From contig CM052818.1 of NCBI GenBank assembly GCA_028534125.1, positions 41,232,001 through 41,296,000 of the forward strand: DNA of 64,000 nt, given 5' to 3'. This document shows, in pieces, positions 1-12,129 of this stretch; position 1 is the first letter of the stretch; each line of letters begins with the position of its first letter. This DNA comes from Lama glama. Lineage: Eukaryota. The translations under genes and the position numbers were made by a program. The notes under the pieces are model-generated. The model saw nothing but the letters and a program-made list of their open reading frames with translations, ran no database searches and was not told the DNA's origin.

Positions 1-389
1 CTTTCCTCTGGACCCTGACAGGGTTGGTTCTCCTAAGACAAAGGAGCATTAAGGTTTTTTTTCTTTCTCTGTATTCATAAAGTCTGATCGCAGTACAAAG
101 GATACAGCTGAGAAGAGGAAGCATAGCACTCAGGCAAGGGGATGGGAAAATGCAGCATCACTCAGCCATCTCTACACCTAACACTAAAAATCAGTCAGCC
201 AGTTTTATGGATGACATATTGGACAAAAGTAACACCTTGGATAGTTAAAATTCAATAGCCTAAGAAGTTTTGTTTAGCTTTATTTTTCATATTGTATACA
301 AAAGATTAGGCATTTGTTTCAATATTCAAAGTATAAAATTAGGATATTGAATACATTTTTATAAAACACACCTGGGGCTGCCCAGTATG

Positions 390-521
390 TTTTTTTTTTT
401 TTTTGGTGGGGGGAAGTAACTAGGTTTATTTATTTCTTTTTAGAGGAGGTACTGGGGATTGAACCCAGGATCTCATGCATACTAAGCATGCACTCTACCA
501 CTTGAGCTATACCCTCTCCCC
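390..521 (-). mobile_element. tRNA-derived camelid SINE (Vic-1 type), full length
   Basis: Minus strand reads GGGGAGAGGGTATAGCTCAAGTGGTAGAGTGC...GGTTCAATCCCCAGTACC (Pol III A and B boxes), then an A-rich tail and poly(A). Near-identical target-site duplication (TSD): ctgcccagtat (378-388) and ctgcccaggtat (522-533). Confidence 0.9.
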
Positions 522-1048
522 CTGCCCAGGTATTTTTATATAAGTCCCTAAAAGGCCTATGTCCCTGCATTTAAATCTTTAAGTTAGGCATGCTTATTAG
601 ATTCTTGTGATTAAGAATTTGAAACTAAATCCACTATATGCACATTTTTGTTTCATTGCAAAGTAAATTGTATACATACATATTTTTTTTTCATTCCAGA
701 GGGTATATATATATACATACAGTTTTATTTTCACTATTTTATTTGTTATATACTTTCCTAGGTTAAGGAATTCCTACCAGCTATTATTAGAGCTAGATTC
801 CTAGCTAGCTAGTCTTAGATGTAGGTAGATTAACAGACACTTAAGACATCGGAGCCTAGAGTTTAGGTTCTTATACTAAAAGTTAGTAACTGCAGGTGAA
901 AAAGTCTCATTACAGAAGGCATTTTAACTACTCTTATTTTTTGCCTATATATTCAGAGTATTAAAAATAATTTGTCTAAGCCCTTTGATTACACATTTTA
1001 TTTCTTCTCATAATATAGCATAAACTCCTGTATTTTTAAAGACATTGA

Positions 1049-1053
<5 letters not shown>

Positions 1054-1101
<48 letters not shown>

Positions 1102-1106
1102 TATAT
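1054..1106. repeat. (TA)n microsatellite
   Basis: About 26 TA units with one CA interruption, seen directly. Confidence 0.98.
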
Positions 1107-1369
1107 TTTGGTCAGTTTGAGTGACAATTGCATTCAGTTGTTTAAATGGGTGCACACTGAGGGAAGCTCAGCACACTTTGATGCATTAGAGCGTTTTCTT
1201 ATGGTTAAAAGAATTAGTTTCAGAAATGTTGATAATTATAAAATTAGTTTTATCTGATTAAAAATTGTACATACATTGTGGAATATCCTGAGGATACTAA
1301 AAAGATGAAAGGATTAAAGGTTTAATCTCCTAACGCACCATTGGGGTTGTTTTCTCAAGCAGTATTTTT

Positions 1370-1950
1370 ATTCAGTCACCCAATAAATGCTTGCCTCATA
1401 TCTACAGTGGATCAGAGTCTGTGAAGACAATTGAAATGCTAAGAAGAAAGGAAAGACAGGGTCTGCCTTCAAGAGTTTAGTTGAGCAAGAAGACAGCCAA
1501 GTACTCAAATACCTTCAGGCAGAGTGTTTTAGGAGCCAGAAGCCTGGAGAGGAAAACTCGTTAGGCCAAAAGGTGGCAGGTGAATAGGAATGGCTCGCTC
1601 AGAGAAACACAGAATGCTGGGGGGTTCAGGGAAACAAAACACTCTCACTGAGAGTTCTGGGAAAGTTTCATAGAGGAGGAGCTATTCGTATGAACTTGAA
1701 AGATTGTATAGTATTTCTGTGCATGAAGATGTGAGATTCTAGGTAGAGGGGAGGCCATGAGAAGAGACAGAGGCGGAAGCATGTCCAGGAAATGGTGACA
1801 AAGCCCATTTTGTTTTGGAAAGAAATAAGCAGGAAAGGTGGGCGAGGACCAGATCTCACCATGATGAGGATATTAAATTGCTTTTAAACATAGAGGCAGC
1901 TATCAAAATGAACAAGGAGGTTATATGGTTGTAAGTGTGTTGGGAAGATA
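1370..1950 (-). mobile_element. L2 LINE fragments (degraded)
   Basis: aagacagggtctgccttcaagagtttag and purine-rich tracts resemble the reverse complement of the L2 3' region. Confidence 0.5.
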
Positions 1951-2017
1951 TGTCTTTATTCATACTTACGTATAGATTAATATTCTAACAATCCAAGCTA
2001 TTTGACTTTTTCTACAG

Positions 2018-2320
2018 TAGTCTCTTAGCAGCAGTGTGGGGAGAAATCAAACTTTAAACAATGATAACTTCACTGTACTTAACTGCTATTAAATAATATC
2101 TAATATTCATAGTTCTTAAACATATGCCAGTATCATTCTAGTGTAATTGTCCCTGGGTCAGAATCTTGATTTATATGAAGATGTCTTAATAAGTAAATTT
2201 TTACTTTATTGAGATTGCAGTGGAGATTTTTAATAATGTGTTTTCATTCTACCTGTGGACTTTGGTGTGTTTTTATAGAATTTTATATAAATAATAAATT
2301 ATAATTAATAGTAAAAAGCA
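2018..2320 (+). other. Candidate terminal exon A (splice acceptor to polyA site) of an unidentified upstream gene
   Basis: Branch-like CTAAC (1985-1989), ctttttctacag acceptor ending 2017, AU-rich body, AATAAA at 2293-2298, CA at 2319-2320, then GU-rich tgattgtgtatg. Confidence 0.35.
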
Positions 2321-3119
2321 TGATTGTGTATGCAACATGTAATCAATCTTATCTTCTAAGTTCTCCAGTGGTCATCAATAAGGGGGTTGTGGTTATATTT
2401 TAAGACAGTATTGATTTTTGTAAAAACCAGTTATTCATTTTCCTAATTATCATAGCTTTATTATAAATAGGTGTGCTTTTTCAATATCTCTTTTCCACTT
2501 AAAAATTAGTTTTACACATAGTGCCTCATTTTTAAAATCAGCAGTTGCACGAATAGACTTTTCTGATTTATTTGTGTTGATGAGGGACCTTTTTCTGATA
2601 CCAATTCATATATCCCTTAGAGCAAATGAAATTTGCGATTGTAGTTTCAAATGGAAGTAAGTGCACATTTATTCCATGGATGTATAAATGACTGAGCTTT
2701 GAGAAAACACTTTGTTCATGCCTGGGCATTTGCTTTATGTAGGGAGGCATGGTGAGCAAGAGAAATTACTCACTAACACCATTGTGAGCCATATTTCCTA
2801 AAGCAATTGAAATCATTAGACCTATGAATCTACTTATTTTCCTGGGGGCTGGGTTGCAAGGCTAGTAAAAGACATACATATGAAATCATATCATAAATTC
2901 AGGCTCAAGCGTGTTTGCCAAGTGCCCACAGTTATCAGTGTGTGGCACTTGCGCTAGGAAGCCTTGTAAGAATCCTAGGTAAGCACCAACCCTGCAGTTT
3001 GACTCACGTAAAACTGAGTGCCGTGTTGCCATATGTTGACTGATGTAAAAAAGGATTCTTATTCTCCCGAGTAAAATCTCGAAGTGTGACTTCTTATGCA
3101 AGATTTGGCCAGACACATC

Positions 3120-3290
3120 TTTTTCCAGCAGATATTTATTGAGTGCCTACAATGTGCTAAGCATCACATGCGTCTGCTGCATGTCGTGAGGATGAAAATA
3201 GGACTAGAATTCAAAAAGGTTGCTACTGGACCTGATGGGGAAAGTAGACATATGGGACACTTTAAGAGGAGCAGTAAAGAAGATGGTGTA
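3120..3290 (-). mobile_element. L2 3' end fragment
   Basis: cagatatttattgagtgcctacaatgtgctaagca matches the reverse complement of the L2 terminus. Confidence 0.65.
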
Positions 3291-3879
3291 CATAGCTTTT
3301 TAGGGGGGAGGGGTCATATTTTCTATTGCAACAAAGCAATTTGCTGATATTGAGACAAAATTATCCAAGGACCTGTTCACCCTTTGATCATGCCTAAATT
3401 ACCATCATTTGATCTAAACCCTTCTCGTGTGTTTTTTTTTCCCATAGGTTAGAACTATTCTTCCTCATCCATAATGTGGGCCTCCAAAAGTTTTTATTTG
3501 TTAGTGAAATTGTCCCTTTGTCCAAAACACTTTCAACTGAAAGCGACTACCCAAATCCAACCAGAATAGGGACTCAAAGATCCTAGTGTCATCTGGGATG
3601 ATTCTTTAAACCTCTGTAGCTGTGGAACATTCATCTTCTTCCATGCAAATTAAGTAGCACAGAATGCCACTTAGAGAAAGAGGAATGAAGCAGCTCTTTC
3701 TTGGGGCTTAGCTGTAGACCTGCCATTGGGTCAGTGAGGTTGCCTGTATCTATCCTGAGAGCTCTAAATAATACATTCCTTTAATGTCAGCTTAAGAGCC
3801 ACATCCTATACAAAAAGCAGATCCCTGTAGGTGTGGGAGATGGAGAGGGAAGGCGGTGTATGTTATTATTTGTACTATA

Positions 3880-4045
3880 GACTCCTGCGATCTTAAAGCT
3901 GGACTACTCTTCAAAGAGCTCCTAATTTAGCCCCACTTCGTAGTGAAGACATTGAAGCACAGAGAGAGGAAACATTTTGGCCAGGCTAGGCCATTAGCCA
4001 GTTATTAGTGGCAGAGTCAGAGTTAGAATCTTAGCTCTGCAAGTT
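3880..4045 (-). mobile_element. MIR SINE
   Basis: gaagcacagagagagg...agtggcagagtcagagttagaatc resembles the reverse complement of the MIR core. Confidence 0.65.
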
Positions 4046-5177
4046 TCCGTATGTGTGTCCTGTGACTAAAACGTCTGAAAATGATACTGCAATCTCTGCA
4101 CCTCTACAAGCAGTTTCATGATAAGTGTTGTGCATCTTGTTGCACACATTCATGGATTATGCCTTATGCAAATACAGGTCAACATTCTCTATCTCTTTTT
4201 CTGTGAAGTGTGAATTAACTAGAAGCACCGTTTCCATTTGTGTGAGTTGTTTGTATCACTTTGTCTCCATTTAAGTTATTCTGTGAATAGGAGAGTCGTT
4301 ATCTTTTTCACTTCCTTGTACAAGCTGCTTAATCAGTGGTGCTGCTCTAGCTCAGCAGGACCTTCACCGCTGCTCAGTAACCTTTATCCCATCCCGGTGG
4401 AGAAAGGTTCATTCTTCCTCAAGGTCCCTACGCAATCCCTTTCTCACTGTTTACGAACAAATCTCTTTTTTTTCACACAAAAAACATGAAACTGCTAAGG
4501 GATAAATTCCATCTACCTCCCTTACACCTTAAGTATTAATCATGTTTTCTATTCTCTCTTGATGTGAAATAAACCAAGTGTCTCTTTCCTAAGGCTACAG
4601 TGTACCACTTTGTTCTCTTCACCAGGCACACCCACATCCTTCTTGGTCCTGATGTATTGATTGGCCCCTTCCTAATGTCTCCTCTTCTCCCATTAATTGT
4701 ACTGGTCTCTACATAGAAAAATAGCTAAGACTTCCTCATTCTGTGAAAACCTGCCTTAAGCTTTCTTTCCCTTAAGTTGTTCTGTTAAATTGACATCCTT
4801 TCTCCACTTTACTTCTGCACTTACTGCTGATATTTCCCTCCCTTGCATTTATTTCTTAAATGTTCTGCTTGGTTTTTGCCTTTTCTAATCTGCTCAATCC
4901 TCTCTTCAATGTTCCCAGGATTTTCTGATTGCTGAATCCAGCAGTCTTTTCTTATTACATTTCTTTTTTAAACTCTCTGCAGCTTTTGAAATTATTGACT
5001 ACCCCTTTCCTCAACAGCTTGGTAACACCACACCCTTGCCCCCCACCCCCGGCCTCTCTTGGCAATCTGATCATGCCTTCTAAGCACATCTGACTAGTGC
5101 TCGGGTTTCTACTCATTGATTAAATATAGGCACTTTCCAAGGTTACAATCTTGACCTTTGTCTGTTTGCTACATCAG

Positions 5178-5640
5178 TCAGGCTAGCATAAAGGTTAAGA
5201 GTGTGGTTGGGAGTAGAATATGCTGGCCACTTATTCAGCAGCGTGTCCTTCACTAGTTATTTAACCTCTCTATAACTTAACTTCCATTAACTGTAAAATG
5301 AGGTGGAAAATAATTGCTCATTTATTTTTACTGAACACTTGCTATGCGCCAGGAGCTATTATAAACACTTTGCATCATAGCGCTAGGGGTTATTATCCCC
5401 ATTTTACAGATAAGCACACTGAAACACAGAGAAGTTAAATAATTTGTGCCCAAGACACAGATAGTTAACAGCTGAGCAAGGGTTTGGATATCAGTAGTTC
5501 ATTTCCAGATGTTAATTGCTACCTTATTCTGCTCCTCTTTACTCATAGGATTCATATGCAATTAAAAAAACTAATGCATGTAAGACTCTTAGCATAGTTA
5601 CTGACATATATTAAATGCCTACCTAATATTAACTGTTAAT
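5178..5640 (+). mobile_element. MIR SINE split by a nested antisense MIR
   Basis: 5' half at 5178-5303 (gcataaaggttaagag...ctgtaaaatgagg); 3' half at 5540-5640 (ctcatagga...taatgcatgtaagactcttagcatag). Confidence 0.75.
5318..5535 (-). mobile_element. MIR SINE (nested)
   Basis: ttattatccccattttacagataagcacactgaaacacagagaagttaaataatttgtgcccaag is the reverse complement of the MIR core. Confidence 0.85.
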
Positions 5641-6851
5641 AATTTTTCCTTGGAAGGTCATAGTTGGACCTTATGTTCACTCTTCTTCAATTGGATGCCC
5701 AAATATATATCTCTAACCCATGTTTGTCTCCTGAAACACCTGTGTATCTTTTTCCAGTTACAAGTCATGGATCTAGAATTATGGTATATAAAATTGAATA
5801 GGTCTCATCGCTTATCTTCCCTTCAACCTATGATTCTTATCTCAGTGAGTAATACCACCATATTTGTGGGCCTGTGAGCTTAAACCTTGGAGTCATCATT
5901 TTAGTCCACCTTGCACTTCATTATCTATATTCAACATGCAGACTGTTCCTGCTTATTATAACTCAGAAATATTTTTTCAATTTTCCTGTTTTATACTAGT
6001 GTTGATTTCTCTGAGGGTTCATCATATCTTAGCTAAATTGTTACAATATCTTCCTAAAATATCCTTGTCTTTCTAATGTGTCTAGTACTAGACAAACGGA
6101 GTTATCTTTCCAAATCTTTGGGTAGTAAACATTATTTTAAACACGTGAATCTCTTTGTTCAAACCAAACCCTAAGTGGAAGCCTTATGTGCAATGAGATA
6201 TAAAGCAGAGCTACTCAAATTAAATCAGGGATATGATATTTGGAAGCGAGTGCACCCTTATTTTCTTCTGTCCTTGTTTACTCTGAATTGCCTCTTGAGT
6301 GGTCTCTGTAAAACCTAGAAGGAATGGTTTGGAAATTTTGTTTTAAAACAGACTTAATCATAATATTCTTCTATATAATATTTTTGTTGATACGACATTC
6401 AAGATCCCTTACAGTTTTGTCCAAAGTGTATTTTCAGTCTCGTCCACTGCCACTTGCCCCTCATAGTCACATTTGTGCTTGAACATTCTTTGCAGATTCC
6501 ATTCACTCTCACATATCCATTCCTTTTCCTTATTGGTTTGGACTTTCCGAAATTCTCTCTTCATGCTCTGTCTCATTTAGTGTAATTCATTTTTAAAGAC
6601 TTGGCTTAAATGTCACTTCCTTTATATAACCTTTATAGAATATCACAGTCAAAATTTAACTCTCTCCTTTGTACTCTATAGATTTTGTGTTTGACTTATA
6701 TTAAAGATTGAATCACTAACTTATTTTATTAGAATTACTCATGTGTATATATTTTATTAGAGTTACTTTTCTGCTCTTTTCTCTTCTCTCTGTCAAGATA
6801 TCCTGAGTTCCTGTGGTTCAGGGACTGCGTGTCTTTAAAGCACTGTACCTT

Positions 6852-7515
6852 TGATGCAGGAAAACGGATGTGGGGCATGAGGAGGGCTGTGTCCCAGGCT
6901 TCGGTTGAGCCCCTGGGATGTGCCTTGCCAGGTGTGGGTCCTTGGCTTTGTGCAGGAAAGAATTCAAGTGCGAGCCACTATTGAATAAAGGTAGATTTAT
7001 TTAGAGAGATACACACTGCATAGAGTGTACGGCAAGAGAAAGGCAAGGAAAGAGGGGTGGGAATTGGGTGCTCAGGTTAAAGTAAAAGTAGGTACACACT
7101 CCACAGACTGAGTGCGGGCCACATCTGAAGGGGAGGGAGCGGAAAGGCTGCTAGGCATGGTGTTGTCAGTTTTTATGGGCTCTGTAGCTTCACAGGCCTA
7201 CAGATGGGACTGTTCCAACTGCCCTGGGGAAGGGACTGAGATTACCAGGAACTGGGCCACTGCCCAATCTTTGCCCTTTTGTGGTTAGCCTTGGGGCTGT
7301 CATGGCACCTGCGGGCATGTTATTGATCAGGCTGTTACAATGAGCATATAATGAAGCTCAAGGTCTACCAGAAGTCAAACTTCCTCCTAATCCTTAATCT
7401 TGAAGCCAACTAGGAGTTGAAACTTCCACCATTTTGGTGAATCTTCCACCATTTTGGTGTTAAATTGCTGTCATTCCTTGAGTGGCTGTGCCCTGCCCCC
7501 TTCCGTCCTGTCTCA
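6852..7515 (-). mobile_element. Solo ERV1-class LTR (MER4-group-like)
   Basis: TG...CA termini and a perfect 4-bp TSD cctt (6848-6851, 7516-7519). Minus-strand AATAAA at 6996-7001. The caggaaagaattcaag motif is typical of MER4-group LTRs. GC content is higher than the flanks. Confidence 0.9.
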
Positions 7516-8407
7516 CCTTTAACACTTGACCCATTTTTCATAAGCATTTGGGCTTTTAGCGACAGGCATTGCTCTTTCTTTCCTTGACTTTTTGACTCTT
7601 TTGTCTGTGACCTGACAGCTCTTGCTTCAAATTCCTTATTATTAGGTGTCATTGGCAGTGTTCATACCCCAGATATCCTGACACATGATCATTTCCTTAT
7701 CTAAGCTGTTTTTATTGTCATTATGATTTTTACTCTTTTATTCATTCATCCAAGCATCCACAGATTGCTCCTCAGTTTGCTCATTCTTAGAAGATCTATA
7801 CCATCCCTTTTCTTTGTCTTCTCTAGCCACACCTCAGGACTTATCCCTTTTGCAAATACTTATGGTACCACAGTATCTGCTTATCTTTTAAATCCACTTA
7901 TACTGTCTTGTGTTCCTTTTTATTACACACATTTGCATTATTTCCCAAACTGGAAACTAAATCCTTTTAGAATAAAGACCACAAGTTTGTGCTCTCTTTT
8001 GTATCTCTCATAGAACATAATTCACAGTTACAAGTTGTGACTTTCATTTCTTGCGTTGTATCCCCTCTTCTCAGATGAGGGCCTGACGTAGAAATGAGCT
8101 TATATTTACAGTCAATGACTCTCCAATCCCACGTGATTTCTTGCCATTAAAAATAGGTTAAAAATTCCTCCATTGGGAAGAACTTTATTAAAGATCAACA
8201 TACTCTTAACTTTCCTGCCCCCCAGTACTCCTCCTCTCCATTTTATGTTCTATGTCAAAGTATTCTGCCCTGTCTTCTAGTGACCTCCTAGTAATAAATT
8301 CAGCACCATCACAGGAGGACAGCTCAAAGCAGGGTTCTGTCTGTGCTATCTAACCACAAATACTGCATTGTAAGTCTCTCTAAAGAAACTCTCAAATGCT
8401 GCTTTAG

Positions 8408-8672
8408 AGAAGCATTCCCAAATTACATGTCATAGATATTATGCTAAAAGGTTTTCACAGTCAAATACATTTTTCAAGCTCTATCCTAAACACAGATAAA
8501 AATATTACTTTTCTGTAGTGCAGCTTAGAAGCAGCATTATGCTAATGCACACTGAATATACCAATAGGAAAAAAACTGCAATATTTAAAAAAATAATTTG
8601 ACCATGGGATGCTATTTTTTCAGAACTTCTATTTTGGACTAGAGTTAAGAAAAACACTTTGGGAAAAACTGC
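8408..8672. mobile_element. Non-autonomous hAT-Charlie-type DNA transposon relic
   Basis: Degenerate terminal inverted repeats gcattcccaaa ... tttgggaaaaactgc about 260 bp apart. Confidence 0.5.
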
Positions 8673-9090
8673 GTCAAGAATTCAACCCTGTACCACATCA
8701 CAAACCTTAAAAGCTGTTTTATTTGATAGATGAGGGTATGGAAGTCCAGAGAAAATATAGTTCACTTTCTTAAGATCATATCACGAGCTATCTGCATAAT
8801 TGTGGTTAGAACACCTGTTTTATTCTGTTTCTCATAGCACTATGGTACCTCCATCCCTCCCAGTTTTATACCTGGTTCTTCTACTTCCCTGAGGCAGACT
8901 GAGTTGTGAAGTTCTCTTCTTACTCATGGTAAATCATATGAAATGCTTATGATTCTCTTGCTTGAGAGTTATAGGTCATTTCTTCTTGACAACAGTTTCA
9001 AATACATCAAAATATGCTCCTTTCTATACTGCAAAAACATACGTGTACAAATGAAGTTCCCAGAATAGTATAATTGCCTGAAGCAAACCA

Positions 9091-9408
9091 TAGTGCTCTC
9101 ATGGTATCCAGGGGCATTGGTTTCAGGACACCCTGCAGATGCTAAAATCCATGGATGCTCAAGTCTTTTATATAAAATGGTGTAGTATTTTCATATATCA
9201 TCTACCCACATCTTCCCATATACTTTAAGCCATCTCTAGATTGCTTATAAAACCTAATGAAATGCATATGCTATATAAATAGCTGTCAATGCATGGCAAA
9301 TTTAAGTTTTGCTTTATTGGAACTTTCTGGATTTTTTTTCTGAATATTTTTGATCAGCGGTTCTTTGAATCTCCAGGTGTGGAACCCATAGATAAGGAGG
9401 GCCAACTG
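9091..9408 (+). mobile_element. MER2B (TcMar-Tigger) DNA transposon
   Basis: Matches the recalled MER2 consensus (ggtatcc...aaaatccatggatgctcaagtc...tactttaagccatctctagattgcttataa...ggagggccaactg) and is followed by TA. Confidence 0.9.
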
Positions 9409-11197
9409 TAGACCTTCTTTGCAGCCCTAGGTTATGTATTTATTACAGAACCATTGTTTTATATCTCTGGTTAACTATTGGCTTTGGGAAATTTGTCAAA
9501 AGCAGAAAAATTTACATATTTGTTCTAAGGTTTAACAAAGACCTAAAGAATTTAGTCTAACAGGTATACTTGCAATAAAGTTAATGCAGACACATTAGCT
9601 TTTACTGTGTTTTGCAATCAATTCAAAGAATTCAAGTCTTTTATTTAAACCAGACTTAAGATCCTTTTCAGTGATAAACCTTTATTAGCCTTTACTCATT
9701 TTCCAGAGTGGAGAATTGAAGAAACACTTGTCCTGTTCCTCTCCACTACTTTCAATTTGAGAACTATTAAAAATTTTATTAACTGCCTATCTTACCTCTA
9801 TAATATTTTTTCTATCTTTATTTAGCTAAGTGTCATTTGATTTTTTTCTATAATAATATGTTATAACCTTATTTATAGAGAGAATAAAGCAATTATTTAT
9901 AAGTTTTTTCTGTCATGGGTAACTGAATTTTTAGTTATTGTTCAGTAAGAATTTAGTAATGCATTTAAATTTGGGGAATTGTTCTTAAATATAGGAAAAC
10001 GTCTATCATATATCTTTCATATATAAGTTATAGTATTTGAAAGGATTTTCTGTAGACTGGCTTTCAACTCTGTGAATTCCAAACCTCGTCTCTCTCCCAT
10101 TAGCTACCTAAATCTGATACCAGGTGCCGTAGGACACATTCCTACCGGCATACCATCTCTGCTCTACACTGTCATGTTAAGACCTGGGGTCAGTTGACAC
10201 AGTTGGTGACAGTGGTATCTGTGGAAGACATTTCTATACATAACAGCTATCAATGACTTATTTATACAAGGAAGTGATTGCAAACCACAGTAGTACTTTT
10301 TTTTTTTTAAACCAAACTAAATGTATCCCCAGTTCAACTCCCCTTTGGCTGGGTACCAAAAATGCCTGTGGGTGCTCTAGCTGACAGGAAGGAAAGTGTG
10401 AAGGAGATAAAATAAAGTGGAAAATCAGTGGCCTTAGCTTTCTGCTGCTAAAATACATTTATTCTGCAAATTTTATAAAATCACATAGCTGGTTGAATAC
10501 ATTGTTTGCCTCTTTCAGAGCCTAGAGGGACCTGTGCAAGTGGTAGCCCAGAAAGAGCAAACTTCATGACAGATCTGCTTCTGAGCAGGAAGTCTGGTCA
10601 TTGCAGAAAACAAAAATCTTTGAGGGCATTATTTGAAACTTCAGCAATATGTCAGGTTTTAGCTGAAGTAGAGCTGTGTACCCATTTTTAAATCAGAAAT
10701 GCTCTCTAATGATCTCCTCTTGTAGAAAGACAATTTAAGATGGGAATTCTTTCCTGAAGCTTTAAATGCTTAGAATAACAACAATCACTATTTACTGACT
10801 ACTTATGTTTGCCAACACTTAACATATGTGATTTCTAATCTCTCAGACGTTACAAATTGGGAGAGCAAAAACTTACAGCAGTAGGCCTCACTGGTGTTAC
10901 CTTTGCTCTCTAAAGACTCCTGTGAGAGAGAAAAGACTCATAGAATGAGGCTCATGCATTTATAACAGACTTGCTTTATTTGAATTTCAAAAGTAAGCTG
11001 GGTTCTGAAAGCTAGGTAGATAAATCAATTTCTAGAGATTAAACAGTGATTCAGAATAAGATGTGTTAAAATTTAGCGGGCAGTAGAATTGAGATGCAGT
11101 TCTGTTTTTCTTTGAGGGTAAGCCAGATACTAGCTGTGATGGCTTTGTTGTGTGTGATTAATACTGCATATGCTTATGCTTTTCTGCCTCTTTGCAG

Positions 11198-11400
11198 AAA
11201 AGTGTGAGGACAACCAAAGCCTTCTATTAGCTTAACTCTCAGCCCCTGACCCTACAAGAACAGCCTTCCTCCAGTCTTTCAGAGCATAGTGTCATCTGTT
11301 TTGTAGTCCTCCTTAATACTTTCACTTGATTTTCAATTTGAAACCTGTGGAATAATGTTTCTGTTCCTTTATATCTAAATAAAACATACATTTCAACCAT
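11198..11400 (+). other. Candidate terminal exon B (splice acceptor to polyA site)
   Basis: Strong acceptor gcttttctgcctctttgcag ending 11197, early stops in all three frames, AATAAA at 11378-11383, non-repetitive sequence. Confidence 0.4.
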
Positions 11401-12129
11401 TCAAGCTGTCTTCTGATTAACTCAATGACCTTGTTCATCACACAAAAGAATCATAGGCTAAGGAAGCCAACATCTGCTTCACTAATCATCAGATAAGCTG
11501 ACATATACTGATGTTTCAGTTTTTCAGTCAGGTCTTTTAGAAATAAATAATTCCATATAAATTTAAAAATGAGTAGAAACTAACACCTTGAGGAACCAAA
11601 ACTGTTTCATGTTTAAGTGATTTTATAGAATCATTACATGTTACCTTAACAAACAATAGGCTTGGAACCTTAACTAGTTTCCTTGACTAGAGAGATCATT
11701 ATATTAATTATACTTTCCTGTACACGTGAGTACTCTGGTAGCTGGATGTGCTTTTACGGGGGTGAGCAGGGGGCTAGTGCAGTAATTACTTGACTTCTGC
11801 ATTTTTATGATTGTTTTCCTTAATCTCAGCTAATATTTCTCCTCGTGTGGGCCCCCAAAAGACTACTGACAACTGTGTTTGTTAAATGAGTCAACTTGAT
11901 GTCACATGAAACATTTACTCTACTAGGATTTCACTGTGAAGATAATGTCACAATTCCACAAAGAACTCAGGAGCGTGGACTCTGCCATGGTTTGCCCCAG
12001 TGCAGAGGAGCCCTTTGCTGACTTATGGCCGTGCTCTGGATGGTTAAGATTGCCAGACGTTGGAGGCATTGTTGGTTAGTACTTGCGGAATGCTGGAGCT
12101 GTATGTTTGAATGAGAAATAGTCTTTGCA

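Larger units (their letters stand above)
4740..6845 (+). mobile_element. L2 LINE 3' portion, fragmented and interrupted by MIRs
   Basis: Pyrimidine-rich L2 motifs: ctctctgcagcttttgaaattattgactac, aaaccttggagtcatc, cttaaatgtcacttcc, tgagttcctgtggttcagggactg. Confidence 0.65.

Noticed and set aside
440..521. Possible tRNA gene
   Set aside because: It is the tRNA-derived head of a SINE, with a tail, poly(A) and TSD.
1045..1257. ORF with a YIYIYI run
   Set aside because: It is a translation of the (TA)n microsatellite.
2919..2951. Hairpin caagtgcccaca / tgtggcacttg
   Set aside because: An 11-bp bulged stem is too short for a pre-miRNA and is expected by chance in a window this size.
3430..3590. 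Acceptor-like ttttttttcccatag followed by an open frame
   Set aside because: No convincing donor or polyA signal and no recognisable peptide.
10124..10151. Hairpin gtgccgtagga-cacat-tcctaccggcat
   Set aside because: Short bulged stem that matches no RNA family I know; chance level.
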